Source of the DNA: Phoronis australis
Taxonomy: Eukaryota > Animalia > Phoronida
Assembly (NCBI GenBank): GCA_002633005.1
Contig: NMRA01000021.1
Span: 98,052-162,051 of the forward strand
DNA length: 64,000 bases
Direction: 5' to 3'
Part shown: piece after piece, positions 48,236-60,981 of the stretch
Numbering within the stretch: the stretch's first letter is position 1
Layout of the letters: each line of letters begins with the position of its first letter
Notes under the pieces: generated by a model
Seen by the model: the letters and a program-made list of their open reading frames with translations, nothing else
The model's database searches: none
What the model was told of the DNA's origin: nothing
Position numbers and translations under genes: made by a program

Positions 48236-50000
48236 CATGCAACAAAATCCATCCTTTCATATGCGCAAACGGACCTCTCCACACGGTCGAAGTTTGCAAA
48301 AAGCACTGTAGCGAGGAGCATAAACGCATTGCGTTCACGTTCCTGGCGTTGAAGCAATTTCAGACGCCGATCACATGAAGCCCTCCGTAACCTTGCCTGG
48401 CGCATATAATGTTGCTGAAGATTTCTTCGATTTTCCGCCGCTAAATACGTACCTTCAAACCTTCTTGATGCATCGCAGTCAGTTCTGCCTTGTACGGAGT
48501 AACCCACTGGGGCTCCTCATTTCTCTTGCGCTTTTTGGAGCGTGCCTGAGTACTAGTTACCAGGGGAACAGTATCAGACACGATACTGTCATTTAAAGGA
48601 ACTTCTGGCTCTACTGTGTTTTTCAGAGAAGACACGGAAGCCACTGGGACCACAACTGGGTCACTACCCAACATCTCCTCCATGGTCTGATAATACATCC
48701 ATGTTTTTCGACTCTGACCCGTCTGAATTTCACATTCACTGTAAAAATTTGTTATTTTATTGTTACTTTCAATGGATGGGGATTTGCAAAATTGTTTTAA
48801 ATTTTACTGAAACAGGCCCAGGTATTCCAAAGAAATATTTAAGTGGAATTTGCACCCTAATTCCCAATCTCATTGATTGCTAGGCCAAATTAGTTAGAAA
48901 CACAACATATAGCTACAATGTGAATATGAAGATGTTTGAAAATTGGCAACTGTTCTTAAAAAAGTTTTGTGTCAATGAGTACAACTACTAAACATTGTTT
49001 GGCATAGATTGTAATAGAGATCGTAGTGTAAGTCTAAACTATGTATTAATATAAGTCTATCAAGACAACTCAACCTTTGAAACACTCTGCATGCCCCGTC
49101 AGATCTCAAGGGTAACCAGAATTGGTGACCAGGGTTCGAAGTCATGCAGTAAATTCCTCTAGTGTCCAGTTCCTTTGTATTGGCATGACGAAGTTCCCAT
49201 GCAGCCATCAGTTCGTTGGAGCAGGGCTTTATATTGTTTAACTAAATTGTTCCAATAGTTGTCGAGCACATTAGCAGCATTAGATGTAAGTCCCCAACTG
49301 TTAAGTATATCGAGACCTCGGCTGCCTGCCCATAATAATAGATACTTACACTTAACTACTTCCTCAATCTTAGTCGTAGGGCCAGTGAAAAACAATTCAC
49401 ACTGCAGTTTCCACATTTTATATCTATCGTCCATTGAAGAGCCCTTATCTAGATAAGTCGCTGCCATCCTGACACCATATAATAATGAGCCGTAGTGCAA
49501 GTCTAAACTATGTTTTAGTCAATCAAGACAACTCAACCTTCCAAACTTGCGGGTGTCCCAATACAAAATGCTATTAAGTAAAGTCTACTGCAGCAATGGA
49601 GACATTGCTGGGCTATCATGCTACATAGATGATATTGAAATTATATTGTTGTTTAGTTCCTGCTATACATTTCTATAGTTAGGAGCACACAAGTACATCT
49701 TTATCAATATCATATGATGAAAAATTTTCTATGATGACTCTAACTTTTGCTTAGACTGCCAGGTTCAAGGTCTTTCGAACATTGAGAGGAAAAAGACAGA
49801 TGAATATGTTGTGCCTGTTCCTCATGCTCCGGAACTTCTTTTCACAATCAGCCCCGAGTAGTTGTGGCCTTTTGCTTTGAGGCGCTCTGCCACTTTGCAC
49901 CATGCTTGCTTTTTTGTTACAGTGTTTTTTAAAAAGTCAAAGTATACATCTCCTTTCAGTGTTCTTTGAACCTGATGCTGAGAATCCTGTTGGTCATACC
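48235..50000 (-). mobile_element. PIF/Harbinger remnant: Myb/SANT-like gene (two parts) followed by a transposase N-terminus
   Basis: ~49820-49920 KKQAWCKVAERLKAKGHNYSGADCEKKFRSMRNR; 48441-48720 GQSRKTWMYYQTMEEMLGSDP; 48235-48400 ..FMLLATVLF..RVERSV. Confidence 0.65.
49010..49560 (-). mobile_element. Internally deleted Ty3/Gypsy LTR element
   Basis: Diverged direct repeats at ~49010-49085 and ~49479-49550; PBS TGGTGTCAG (tRNA-Leu-type) at 49470-49478; gag start YKMWKLQCELFFTGP..KCKYLLLWAGSRGLDI. Confidence 0.7.
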
Positions 50001-50149
50001 AATTATGTAGAGATGTTCACATTCATTATAGTTGGAGTTGGTACACAACATGACTTCTTTGAGAATTATTCATTGGTGTTATTAGTCTAGACAATGGCAA
50101 AGTCTATTTACAGGTCGTTACAAGTTGCAAACAACTTTTGGGCAATATA

Positions 50150-50900
50150 ACCTCAAAGCATTCTCTTAACCTGCCTATTGACCACACAATTACTGTTACC
50201 CAAAAAGGGATTAAGAAATATTTTCAGGCCCATGACAAACATCCACAGGTGTCTTAGATTGGTTACGTAAAAACCTGTCAGTGCAAGATTTTATAAATGT
50301 TTCGGGTATCCATTTTGAAACAAGAGATTGTTTAAAAACTCCAGTTCACTGTCAGATTAATCAGACCGTTGACTAGACCAGTTTTGTGCTTTTTAAGAAC
50401 AAAACTATCCCATGTGAGGTACAGGCCTGAGAAAGTGGGTTTTCTATACACTGCTGTAGATAGCAATTAAGTCATTCTGGTGGTGAATTACTTCATCAAG
50501 AAAACTAAAACAATTGTTGGCTTCTGACTCCATGGTAAACCTATTGCTGCAATATAAGGTGTTCATCCAATGAAGAAATGGCTTAGGCTGACTGATGACT
50601 AAAAGTTAGGAAAATGTCATCAACATAACCTTGGTAAATACAATGGTAGATCAGTATCAAATCACTGTCAGTGTGAACTTGTGACTTGAGAATGGTTTAC
50701 AGGCAATAAACCGAAATGTCCGATGAATATGTCTTTGTTTACTTACGTGCTGATTTTAAAGTTCATGCAGATGTTTGGGCAAAACTAAATCTGATCAATG
50801 TCGAACCTGAATGTGTATGATGGCCTGTTTCAAAACTTTTGGATATTTTAGGGACTCAGGGTTGAAATGAATAATTAAGGCTTTGCCGACCTCCCTTTAT
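50150..50900 (-). mobile_element. Penelope-like RT remnant
   Basis: VYRKPTFSGLYLTWDSF..KTGLVNGL..LFQNGYP. Confidence 0.65.
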
Positions 50901-51099
50901 GAACACCAGTAGTGTTCTTAGGTATCTTTCCCCCTTGCTTGATAATGAGGTTGAACAGCATTACTTGGGTGACTTTCAGTGTACTATTTTTTGGAGTAGT
51001 GCCAACAGTGATGAACGTTGTGCCATTGAACAGATGATCAGGCACACGATCACTAGAACTATTATCAACAAGTAGCTCACTTACTAAATAAATTTAGAA

Positions 51100-52900
51100 T
51101 TCGACATTGCTTTCATAGGTCTCCTAGTTGACCATCCTCTATAATATTTTTGAATGACCACAGCTGACGTGTGACATTTGACATACATATTAAGTCCTTT
51201 GACCTTTTAGGTTAGTTTTTTAAGTATTGTACAGTATGTCTCTCAAAGAGTTCAAAAAATTGCCTTGAGATTAGTTCCACTTGGTTATGTCCCCCATGAT
51301 GTGTAGTGTGTCCATAGTAAAAAATATTGTGGTCGTAATTTATTGGTTCAGATGCCTCAGCTTGAAAGCGGGATAATGAAACAGGAATACACTGAAGGCT
51401 TTATCATCGCACTAAAAATGTTATCATCTTGGCCAATCCTCTCAAATGGTGGCTTTAACTGCTGAAACAACCTATAAAACAGACTGCTGAACATAATTAC
51501 TGAGGTCATGCTTAAATCTGTTTCTGTCTAACATTTATGTCTGTATTAAAATGAAGTCAGGATTCTCTTGTTTGGATCAAGTGCACGCTCATTTAACTGA
51601 TGCCTCAGTTGCGTAATTCTGAGGTTTCCACTTGGTGAATGTGCCCGATACAGCTCTGGGTTGTCTGTGAAAAAAGTATGGTCTGAAAAATGTCAACTTG
51701 TTTCAGACTCTTCCCAATATAGAAATCTTCCGTGGAAAAATGAGAGTCAACCCAAGCACTCAGCAACTGTTAAGTAGTTCCCAACAAAATTTCGCGCATG
51801 TAATCAGTGACAATGTTACTCCTTATAGAGAAGTAAGGCAGACATGATAAAACAAAATCACCAAAGAAACCTTGGTGATGTCAGGATGTATTCATTGTAC
51901 GTTCCGCAGCATTACTGATATTGGTATCAGTTCTCAAAGTCCGTACACGGCGATAAGGGTATGATCGACATTGTCCTTTGCCACTTTTTACTACTTCACC
52001 GGGCTCCAAGCAATAAAGGCACCCACACTCTCCAATGTGTTGTGTCATGTTGGTCACATATCCTCTAGCCTGCAAATCTATATTGTGCAAACGACAAGCA
52101 TGGCTTTAACTTGCACCTTCTTACAATTTATATTAACCTCAATTCCTTCACTATATGGTCTGTTCATTTCTTCCACGAAGGGTCCCCATACATTGCCACA
52201 TTTGCTAGCTTTGTTGATTGTTCCTATGTCCTTTGAGGTATAGTGTTTTATTGGAATGTTTCTAGGAAAGGTCTTCAATTTATTTCTTTCTCTTGCAATC
52301 TATTTAATTCGTTGCTTTCCTCTGGTGACAATGTCGGTGGCAAGTCATCTGATCATTGCTATGCTAGTTTATTGTTGGTCTTGCATAATTGGGATTCGAA
52401 ATCGCTTTAATATGTTACATGTGACTTCATCTTTCTATAACATTTCATAGAAAACATTTGCTCTTAAAATCCTATGCTTTGTTGGCCTCTTTATTTGTCT
52501 GGTGCTGCTTGGCCTAATTGACACTTCTCTTAAATATTGCAAATTTGAAATTCATTGCACCTAATCACATTTTCTACCGAGAACGTGGGGCCAGTATCAT
52601 GCTCAGTGCGGACTTCCTCTCTGGGTTTGGTTGGCTCATCATGTTACAAACCAACTTTACCTGACATTGTTTCTACCAATTTTTAGTGTTAACTTGTGGG
52701 CGAAGTTGTCTTTAATGTAAATAAATATCCACAATTCGTTTTTGAGCCATAAAAGTGGACCCAGAAGTAGTTAACTTACATGGTGTGCTAGCTTTCAATT
52801 AATCCATCAGTCCCTCAGCACAGTGTCTAAAAGCACATGGCTCACAAACCACCAGAATAATTGATGTAGCCAAAGAGGAATCATTTGCTGACAACCTTAC
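51100..52900 (-). mobile_element. CACTA/EnSpm-type transposase remnant
   Basis: PFVEEM..GIEV..TIDLQARGYVTNMTQHIGECGCLYCLEPG..YPY, then LKPP. Confidence 0.7.
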
Positions 52901-54710
52901 ATAATCTGTCTGGTGATACACTCTTTGGGTTTCATTATTTCACCTTTTGCTTCCAATTTTGTCAGACTAAGGAACCAATAACGCTTCCCATGAGCAAATA
53001 AAGTGTTTAATTTGTATTTCACTCACAAAATTAGTGTATTAAGTAATTGTAGCAATAGCAAGTAGTACCAGTGTATAATGTACGAACAATTAAACAAAAG
53101 TAAAAGTGATTCGCCCAGTCTCATAATGGACTTAACACAAATCAAAGAAATTGTACAAAATATGCAAACATGAGGACATTATTTTTTCACAATCCTTTAC
53201 AAGAAAATTGGATATTTTATCACAGTAATTTTAGAAGAAAAATCAAATAGTTTCTTTGAACTATCAGAAAAGGACCCTAAAACAAAAAGTGAAACTCAGT
53301 TTCTATATGTCCAGTTTGACATTAGCATAGAAACCCTTTGACCAACTTCAGAGAACGGAATCTGCCAACTTCATAGGTTGGAGTGTGCCATCTTCTAGTT
53401 GAGCTACATAAGACCTGCGTGATCATGATCAATGCCATAGTAAATAGCGTTCCACCACAAATATGTTCTTACTCAAGACACACATTTTCAATTTTCGTAA
53501 TGAACCTTTCGTTCAACCCGAGTCAGAAGTTAATAGCTTATTTTTACTTTTTAACATGTCTCCAGAGTGTCTTGATGATGAGCAAAGAGTGTGTTGTAAA
53601 ATTGTCTGGTTACCACTTGGCGAGGAGCAAAATTAAGGATCAAACTTACACCATGACATTTGTCGATGCAAAACCATTTAAAATAATGGCTATGGTTTTG
53701 ATATTTGTTTCAGAGAACATCTTCTACTTTAGTTACAATCCTATAAGTAACATTTTTGCAGGGAACGGAGAAGTTATTGAAGGTACCATGAGTTTGATTC
53801 ATGTTGTTATGCTGGTTAATATTAGGAATGCCATGTGAACACGAATAATGACTGGTTTTGTTGGAGCCTTAGTGTCAGAAATAAACATGATGAAAAATTT
53901 ACCAAATGGCTATTGAGCTTTGTAATGCACAATTGATACACAAAAACCTGGCAGGCTTTTAAAGCAATGTGGAATGCCTTTGAAAAATGTTATGAAAAAA
54001 TTAATTATTTGACTCAAGGTTGGAGCTTCTACCAAGTTTAGAAATAGGTGGTATACTGACTGTCCCAAAATTCATTTTGGCGAGAATTTCAGCTCATATT
54101 GCTCCAAGCAGGAAATTTTTTTCACTGTATTTTGGAAATTGTTTTTGTGTGAAATTGACTTCCATCATAATGCACTGAAGTTGTTCTGACAATAATGTGA
54201 ATTATATGTTGTTGTGAAGTATGTGCTTAATGCTTTGTGCTTTTTAGCATGTGAAACCAAGAATGATTACTAAAATTGATAATGCGGGTGTAATGTTGAG
54301 CTGTGCTTGTGGCCAAAGAATTTGAGTTTACTCTATTGATTACTCCATTGTTCAACAGACGCGTCCACATTCAAGCAGACGAGAATTTAGTCCATTCACA
54401 CAAACTTGCACTCTGAGCAAGCGTTGTCTCATCTATCCATTAAAAAAGTCGATTGTGTAATGTATAAGCTTTTCCTGTGAAATCCCATTGTATGTAATAA
54501 TGCTATCATTCTGTATTGCCAGTGATTCTTCTACAATGTTCAGTAATTGAGTGTTGTTTGTAATTGTAATTATTTGTTACCTTCCGATTATTTTAACTTG
54601 TGATCTCATTTGAATTTACCAATATATTCTATGGTTAATAAATAAGCTGTAACTATGGTCATGTTTTAACTTGGTTTCTTGTACTTGATGTTTTGTTCTA
54701 CTTCATGACA

Positions 54711-54815
54711 CAGCAGTCACTTACAGGGTCTCGCATTTTGAGAACCAGTTTTCTCCACTGAATAACAGGCACCAAACTGGTTCTCAAAATTCAGGACCCC
54801 TGTGAATGACTGTTG
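54711..54815. repeat. Short hairpin/MITE-like inverted repeat
   Basis: attttgagaaccagttt pairs with aaactggttctcaaaat; outer arms cagtca..acaggg / ccctgt..tgactg. Confidence 0.75.
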
Positions 54816-55402
54816 CCCCGATATCAAATCACTTATGCAATGGATTTTGGATCATTTGCAGTAGATGAAAAGCCTACATTTCCAACCAACAAACGTGAGG
54901 ATACCCCACAATCCTCTGTATTTGGTATGCATCAAGTTTTTGCTCTATCAAAAGGATGATGGCTTTCTAGGAGAAAATGTTGTCTGCTTATTATATACAC
55001 TTTGTGTAAAAGGGTAATTTTTTAATTAGAACATAACAATGGCAATTATTTGGAACGAACCTGCCAGGAAATTAAAATAAACAAGACAACTAGTTCTCTC
55101 GAAAAGTTACAGAAGCCGTCTCTATGAACTGACAACCTGCCACCATGAGACCCTGGTATATTTCTCCATGCTTGATCTGGGCCAAGAAAGCGTGAGTAAT
55201 CCACTCGTTGAAAAAGACTATTACTGAGATGACGGTAGAAATGACAGTTATGATAATTATTTGCAATAGAATTCCAAGAAACTTTACAGTGCTGAACAAT
55301 GGTCAAGAGCTATAATTTCTCAATTTCTGACGTAGAAAATATATCTGAAACTAAATAAGGTGATCCAGATACTCCCAAGGATACTATTGTTTCATGAAAT
55401 GT

Positions 55403-55560
55403 AGAATATAAATCGGTAAATAAAACAACAAGAATGGATCAACTAAAATTTTCGGATGTAATAACGTCCTTTGTCAACAGAAACAGAAATAAAGGACGTT
55501 ATTACATCCAAAAATTTCAGTTGATCCATTCTTGTTGTTTTATTTACCTATTGATATTCT
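55403..55560. repeat. Palindromic MITE-like foldback (~70-bp arms)
   Basis: ggtaaataaaacaacaagaatggatcaact..ggatgtaataacgtccttt pairs with aaaggacgttattacatcc..agttgatccattcttgttgttttatttacc. Confidence 0.88.
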
Positions 55561-55799
55561 CAATTTCTGAAGGATGTTGCAGAGTTTATACACATTGCTT
55601 CATGTAAAAAGAACACTGTTAATCGGAAGAAAGTGCTGTGGTTTAAGAAAAGAAATGTGATAAGTGTAGTGCATGACAAAAACAGCTGTGAGAGGGTAGG
55701 TAAAATTTAGGTGCAAACACAAATTTAAATGAAGCAAATCACATCTTATTATGAGTTATATGATTGTGCATTTCGAACCACACTCTATGGATCTCATGC

Positions 55800-56000
55800 C
55801 CATGAATGGCTGGCAACTGTTTCCTCACCTAATGAACAATGTCTGACTAATTCAATGCCTTTGATCCAAGTTGATGATGGGCTTCTTGGTTTCGATGAAC
55901 ATGGTCTATTTGACCTTGGTGGAACACCAATCTTCAAAGAAGCCCACCATGAACCAAGACTGGTGTTGCTTTTGCATTGTATATGGAAATGAATTCAAGT
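55800..56000 (-). mobile_element. Penelope GIY-YIG C-terminal remnant
   Basis: EDWCSTKVK*TMFIETKKPIINLDQRH*IS resembles DW..RKVKEAI.I....P.LNRD.G..LS. Confidence 0.4.
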
Positions 56001-56059
56001 TCATAAAAATATTTTGTACTGTGTAACTAAGCTCCTATAGTTGTATCTCTTAAACCCAC

Positions 56060-56370
56060 TACTGTAACAGGATCTTCACTAAATTTAGTAAGACAGTGTA
56101 TTTATATGAAGATAACAACAGACGATGACCACTTTCAGGCGGATCCAACGGACACTGTGCCCACTAGTTGCAATTTCATTTTATTCTGTTTTCCTTTGTT
56201 TCTCTGAAGTTCCTTGACAGATTTTTATGAAATATGGCATGTTGCTGTTTTTAGATGGATTGTATGTTTTTGCGCCATCTTGTTTCCATTTTATAAACAA
56301 CCCTAAAAGCACACCATCTGCAATGCATTCGTGGGCGCATTTCAACACTCCGCGTTACTCTTGTTTATTT
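56060..56370 (-). mobile_element. Helentron-associated (HINE-like) repeat fragment, inverted relative of 61944-62270
   Basis: Reverse complement matches aaacaagag..gagcattgaaatgcgcccac..ggaacttcagagaaaca..ttggatccg. Confidence 0.7.
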
Positions 56371-57303
56371 TTTAAAGTACCCAATATCGTAAGCAGCAAA
56401 TTAACCCTGTGAGGCACACTGTCCTTTCCGTCGCCACGGCATATTCAGTAACCCGGCAAAATACACGTCCAGAAAACTTAGTCGGGGGAATTTCATCAAA
56501 ATAGGGAGAATTTAACACCTTTCCGTGCAGTATGAGAATTGTTCAATATCCGAGAGTTTCCCCTCTAAATCGAATTGGGATTGTCCGCAAAACCACTGTC
56601 ACATTTCTGTGGCCTGATTTTTCCGAATACGTTTTATCTGGTGCACTGCAGTCGGAAAATTAGTGCGGCAGACGACATCGCAGAAAGCGGGGGTTCCAAA
56701 GGCGGCGTGATTCTTGAAGTTCGCAAACATGGGAAGAAAATAAAGTGACAAAGAGTTTAAGTATTATATTTTGAAGTAAATTCATCACCCGGGAAAATAA
56801 TTTGTTACTTATTATAATTCACATTGCCAAACCACCATCTCGGAGACCGTCGTTGCACTCGTTGTTATCGCCGATCTTTATCTCTAATAATTCGAACACT
56901 CAACTTTCTTCTCTAAAGTTTGCACAGCCAATTTTGTCTATTAATTCTCAAGGGAAATATAGTTCGTACACTAGTGTACGAACTAATAGAGAAAACACTG
57001 TAATAGTAAGAGAGCTCCAGCTGAAACTGCCACTCATTTGCAGCATCAGCAACAGAAATTACATCAATCAAAATTGAAGAGTTGGCTCAGAAGCATGAGG
57101 TAGTTGGAACTAGCAGCCCGAAAAAGTTGATTGGAAAGTCTAAATGTATAATGTACAGCAGCCAGTAGGAGGTGAACCTTTTTATGTCATGATTGAGTAC
57201 TAGGCCTGACTAACATAAATGGTGCTGCAAGAAATAACGAGCCATGCAAGATGCTGGTATTTTTAGTTATCCTGAAGTCTGAAGGTTATCAGCAACTAAG
57301 TAA

Positions 57304-57375
57304 TTAGTATAAGACCTTGAGCTTTCCCTTCAACCATTCTTCGGTCAATTCCTCAACTGAACGGATTTCGTACAC
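57304..57375 (-). CDS. GMF: Glia maturation factor terminal coding exon (VYEIRSVEELTEEWLKGKLKVLY*)
   Basis: ttttag acceptor; matches the GMF C-terminus VFEIRNTEDLTEEWLREKL; TAA stop. Confidence 0.88.
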   Translation of the reverse strand: MYEIRSVEELTEEWLKGKLKVLY

Positions 57376-58863
57376 CTAAAACAAAACAAAAAAGGTCACA
57401 CTCACTTTCAAAACCGAGTTTCAATGCACTGTCAGTTGTCATTGGTAAGCAGGTTTCAAAGTTGGCAGTTTAGAACAGCAACCCAGCCACTTGTCAGTGA
57501 CTAGGCTGTAGTGGTTGAAAAGACTGATAAATCACAAAATGAATTTCGTGAAGGTCTTACTTGTGCAAACACTCCACTTGGCAAAATACTTTGAATTGAA
57601 AATACGAAACTTAAAGTCCTACTTGCAAGTCTAACAAATGTGAACAATTAAGATGACACTGATTAGTGAAACCATATCATAACAATGTATTGATTGATTC
57701 AACATTTTACATAGGCAGTGGACTTGACGCCACTGACCAACTAAAAATAAATGAGATTTATCTCCCTTAGACCCATGACTGTCTTGGCTGTGTCAGTGAT
57801 AGATTTGTCAGATGAATCACATAATGGGAGCCAGAACATTTTAGACGAATGAATTTATAATGCGCGGTACATGAATGGAGGAATCTAAAGTTATCGCTAT
57901 ATTCTGACAATAGGGATAACTATGAAGGTGACAGAATCGATCGAATGGTCTTCAGAGGAATGTAATCATAAGATCAGCTATCAAACTGTGTGTGAGCCCT
58001 GACTAGCTGACGCACAATTGGATTCTTGCGATGCAATAGATCACGTGGCAAATTTCCTGCATGTTTTGGATATTTACTAGTTATACTTAAATCCGAGTTA
58101 AATACGTAACACACTATGGAGACGTATGAAAACGTTACCTTGACAACTATTTTTTAATGACTGAATGAATTGCCAAGTCTTTTTTCAGGCTCAGTTGATA
58201 CAAAAAGCAGAAATGCAATGAAGGCCAAAATTGCTCTTGTCCAAATTTTCAGGATCATCAATATTCAATTTCTTCTTGAATTTCAAAATCCGAAATTTAT
58301 TGCATAATAAATATCAACATTCTTTGACATCAGAGTGACATGGATGAGTACTTTAAAGCTGCTAAAAACTTTCTTCACAGGTCTATTTGCGCTTACAATG
58401 CCTTTGTATATAATTTAGTTTTCTTAATAACAGAAAATGAACTGAATTTGTGGAATTTCTCACTTCTTTCACAGAATTAGGGATTTCCCCTGGAATTTTT
58501 GTATTTCTAGATATTTTGGGTTTTTAACTGCCAAAATTTCAACATAATCCATCACATTCAACATCGTCTGGCCACAAATCGATCAAAGATTGTTTTGCAG
58601 CAGCCACTATTCAAATTGTTTATTCTTTCTGGTGGTGCTGTTCTTTCCCAGTTTTGAAAAATAAATGTGGCATGCAGCAAGTTACAGGTAAAAGAGAGCT
58701 GCAGCCAAAAACGTTTCTGTTATTTATCACTGCAAAACAGCCAAATGAAATGTGATAGTTTAGAAAACAGAAAACACGGAAATTTATGTTAACTTGTACG
58801 GATAATCAGGGTTTCCACCTATGTTCGAATTGATCTATCGCCAGGATTTTGAGTGACGGCTGA

Positions 58864-58942
58864 ACTGACCAATCAGAACGCAGCATTCTTGACATGTATT
58901 CGTTTGTAAGCCACCATTTTACCTGACAAACAACACATTGCC
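58864..58942 (-). repeat. Dispersed repeat, inverted copy of 4738-4815
   Basis: tgaccaatcagaacgcagcattcttgaca..ccattttacctgacaaacaacac. Confidence 0.75.
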
Positions 58943-59694
58943 GGGTAAAAGTTATTGTTTGCGATAGATCAATTGATGCTGTTTCATCTGGAATTCCCCA
59001 GACAGCCATACTATGTTGATTACTGAAACTAATTACTGTGACAAGCAACGTAGTGTACCTGGTGCAAAGCAATAATGATCTGTGGGTTTTCAATATCTAA
59101 TCCGAGATAGTATGAGGCCGCTTTTATAATTATCAAGTGACCCAAATAAAAGTTGGTTTCTAACAAATGGCACGGATTGATCACCATGTTAATTCTAATA
59201 ATACTTATTGCAGGAGAATAAAGACTGTCCCTTGTATTGACCAACTGAAGGTATGATATGTTTAACATATTACAATACTTTTTGAAGACATTTTGAATTT
59301 GTAAAATTCAGTGACAAAGGAGTTTCTATAGTTCCTAATGTTACAACTGAGAAGTAATTACCGGTAAGGTATGATCACTGATTTCCAAAATGCATTGGAA
59401 ATTTGTCACGTGGTCTTCTATTATGTCACAATTGAGTTGGCGAGAAGTGGATGACCGTCAAATTGTGTTGACATTGAAACCGTCGAAATGCATTCGTTCT
59501 AAATGCTGTCGTTGTTGTCCCGATTTCTTAACCTTCACCTTTTGCTATCTTTGAGCAATGGTAATTGATTCTACGACACATTGCGCACAATCGTCAAGGT
59601 TCTTACTAACACTGCCTCATTCATGTTTGTGTTCCATATTACATCCAGGTATTACCCTTCACTTGTAATGTCATGGTCAATCTATCCTTATGGA

Positions 59695-60981
59695 AGGCTG
59701 TTCCAGCAACATTCCATATGGGAGGGGGGACGGCAGTAGAAATAAAAATTCGTGGGTAGTGGTCTTCAAAAAAAAGCTCAAATTATGGGTGGTCCTTCTT
59801 GATAGAAGTCAAGCATTAAAACTGGGTGGTGTTTTTTGACCTGTCAATGTTGACAGCTTGGTATTATCAGCCAAACACATCTCAAAAGATATCAAAACTC
59901 ATTCACTTGGCAAATACCCTAACATATCCCAAAACAACAAACAGACCCTTGTTGCCAGCGTACAGAATTCTATATGTACACTAAGCCATTAATCAAGTCA
60001 CTGCCAGTGCCGGGCACCTTGATTATGAGCACATGTTTAACTGCAGTCATATTAGAATGAAATGTCTGCAACACTAAACTGGTGTTAACACATATAAGAA
60101 AATTGATGATTTTTAAATAAAAAGTATGAGGATTAAAATAGACAAGTTCCAATATTCACTTGACATAGATCCATGAAATTGAAAAAATCTTTATTGGAAT
60201 TTCAGACACATGGTGAACAGACACCTAGCGGCTGCCAAAAGTATTGCTCACAGGTTTCTGGTAACTGATATGAGTTGTGATCTCATGGATTTTTTCTGCA
60301 CCCACAAAAACTTTGTGGTCGGTCCGTCTGTCATTATCCTTTGTCAATTATCTCAAGAACCGCTTGGTGGATCACGATGAAATTTGGTATCGAGGTACAA
60401 AATGGCAAGGATATGCGCCTGCACCAGTTGATTTCCGGGCGGGTTTGGTTACAATGGTACCCCATATTGGCCGCTTTAGTTTTCGACAAGCCATTCAATT
60501 CCTTGTATGTTGATTATCTCAAAAACTGCTTCACTGATCACTAACAATGAAAGTCAAAATAGAAGAATGTCGCAAGAATGTGCCGGCACCAGTCAATTTT
60601 TGGACGCTGCTGGATTCGACTACTGCGGTACCCCGTTAATTTTTGACAAGACAGGTTGATTATCTCAAAAAGTGCTAGGCACAACTGGAAATTGGCACAA
60701 AAATATATAGCAGGGATGGATGCGTTGACAGAAGTCATTTTCGTTTTGATTCGACCACCCTCTTGGCTACTTAGTTTTTGACGGTAGTTCTTGTCTGTCA
60801 ATCATCTAAGTTCTTAACAGGTCATCCTGGAGGCAATTTGTTTACAAGTGTTGGATTTTATATTTTAACCTATTAAGAAATTATGGGTCATGGGTTGGAG
60901 AAATAAATGAAAAATATGGGCGGTGGGTACGAAATAAAAGCTGCCTTCCCCCCTCCCATGCAGATTTTGCTGGAACAGCCC
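59695..60981. mobile_element. MITE with ~41-bp TIRs and 3-bp TSD (Zator/Harbinger-like)
   Basis: aggctgttccagcaacattccatatgggagggggacggcag versus gggctgttccagcaaaatctgcatgggaggggggaaggcag (reverse complement); GGA on both flanks. Confidence 0.8.
60290..60830. mobile_element. HINE/DINE-like element nested in the MITE
   Basis: ccacaaa-aac-tttgtgg hairpin, gtcc/gtct microsatellite seed, ~150-165 bp core repeats (attatctcaaRaa at ~60348, ~60514, ~60659). Confidence 0.55.

Noticed and set aside
53383-53838. Protein-kinase exon (SVLMMSKECVVKLSGYHLARS resembles VKLxDFGLAR)
   Set aside because: No DFG, HRD or other kinase motifs could be linked in frame; similarity too short to support without a search.
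55046-55306. Membrane-protein ORFs 55046-55306 and 55090-55299
   Set aside because: Hydrophobicity is explained by AT-rich composition; no family motif or supported splice structure.
56401-56800. piggyBac end (TTAACCC) or CpG-island promoter
   Set aside because: No partner TIR, transposase or linked first exon found; cannot be supported.
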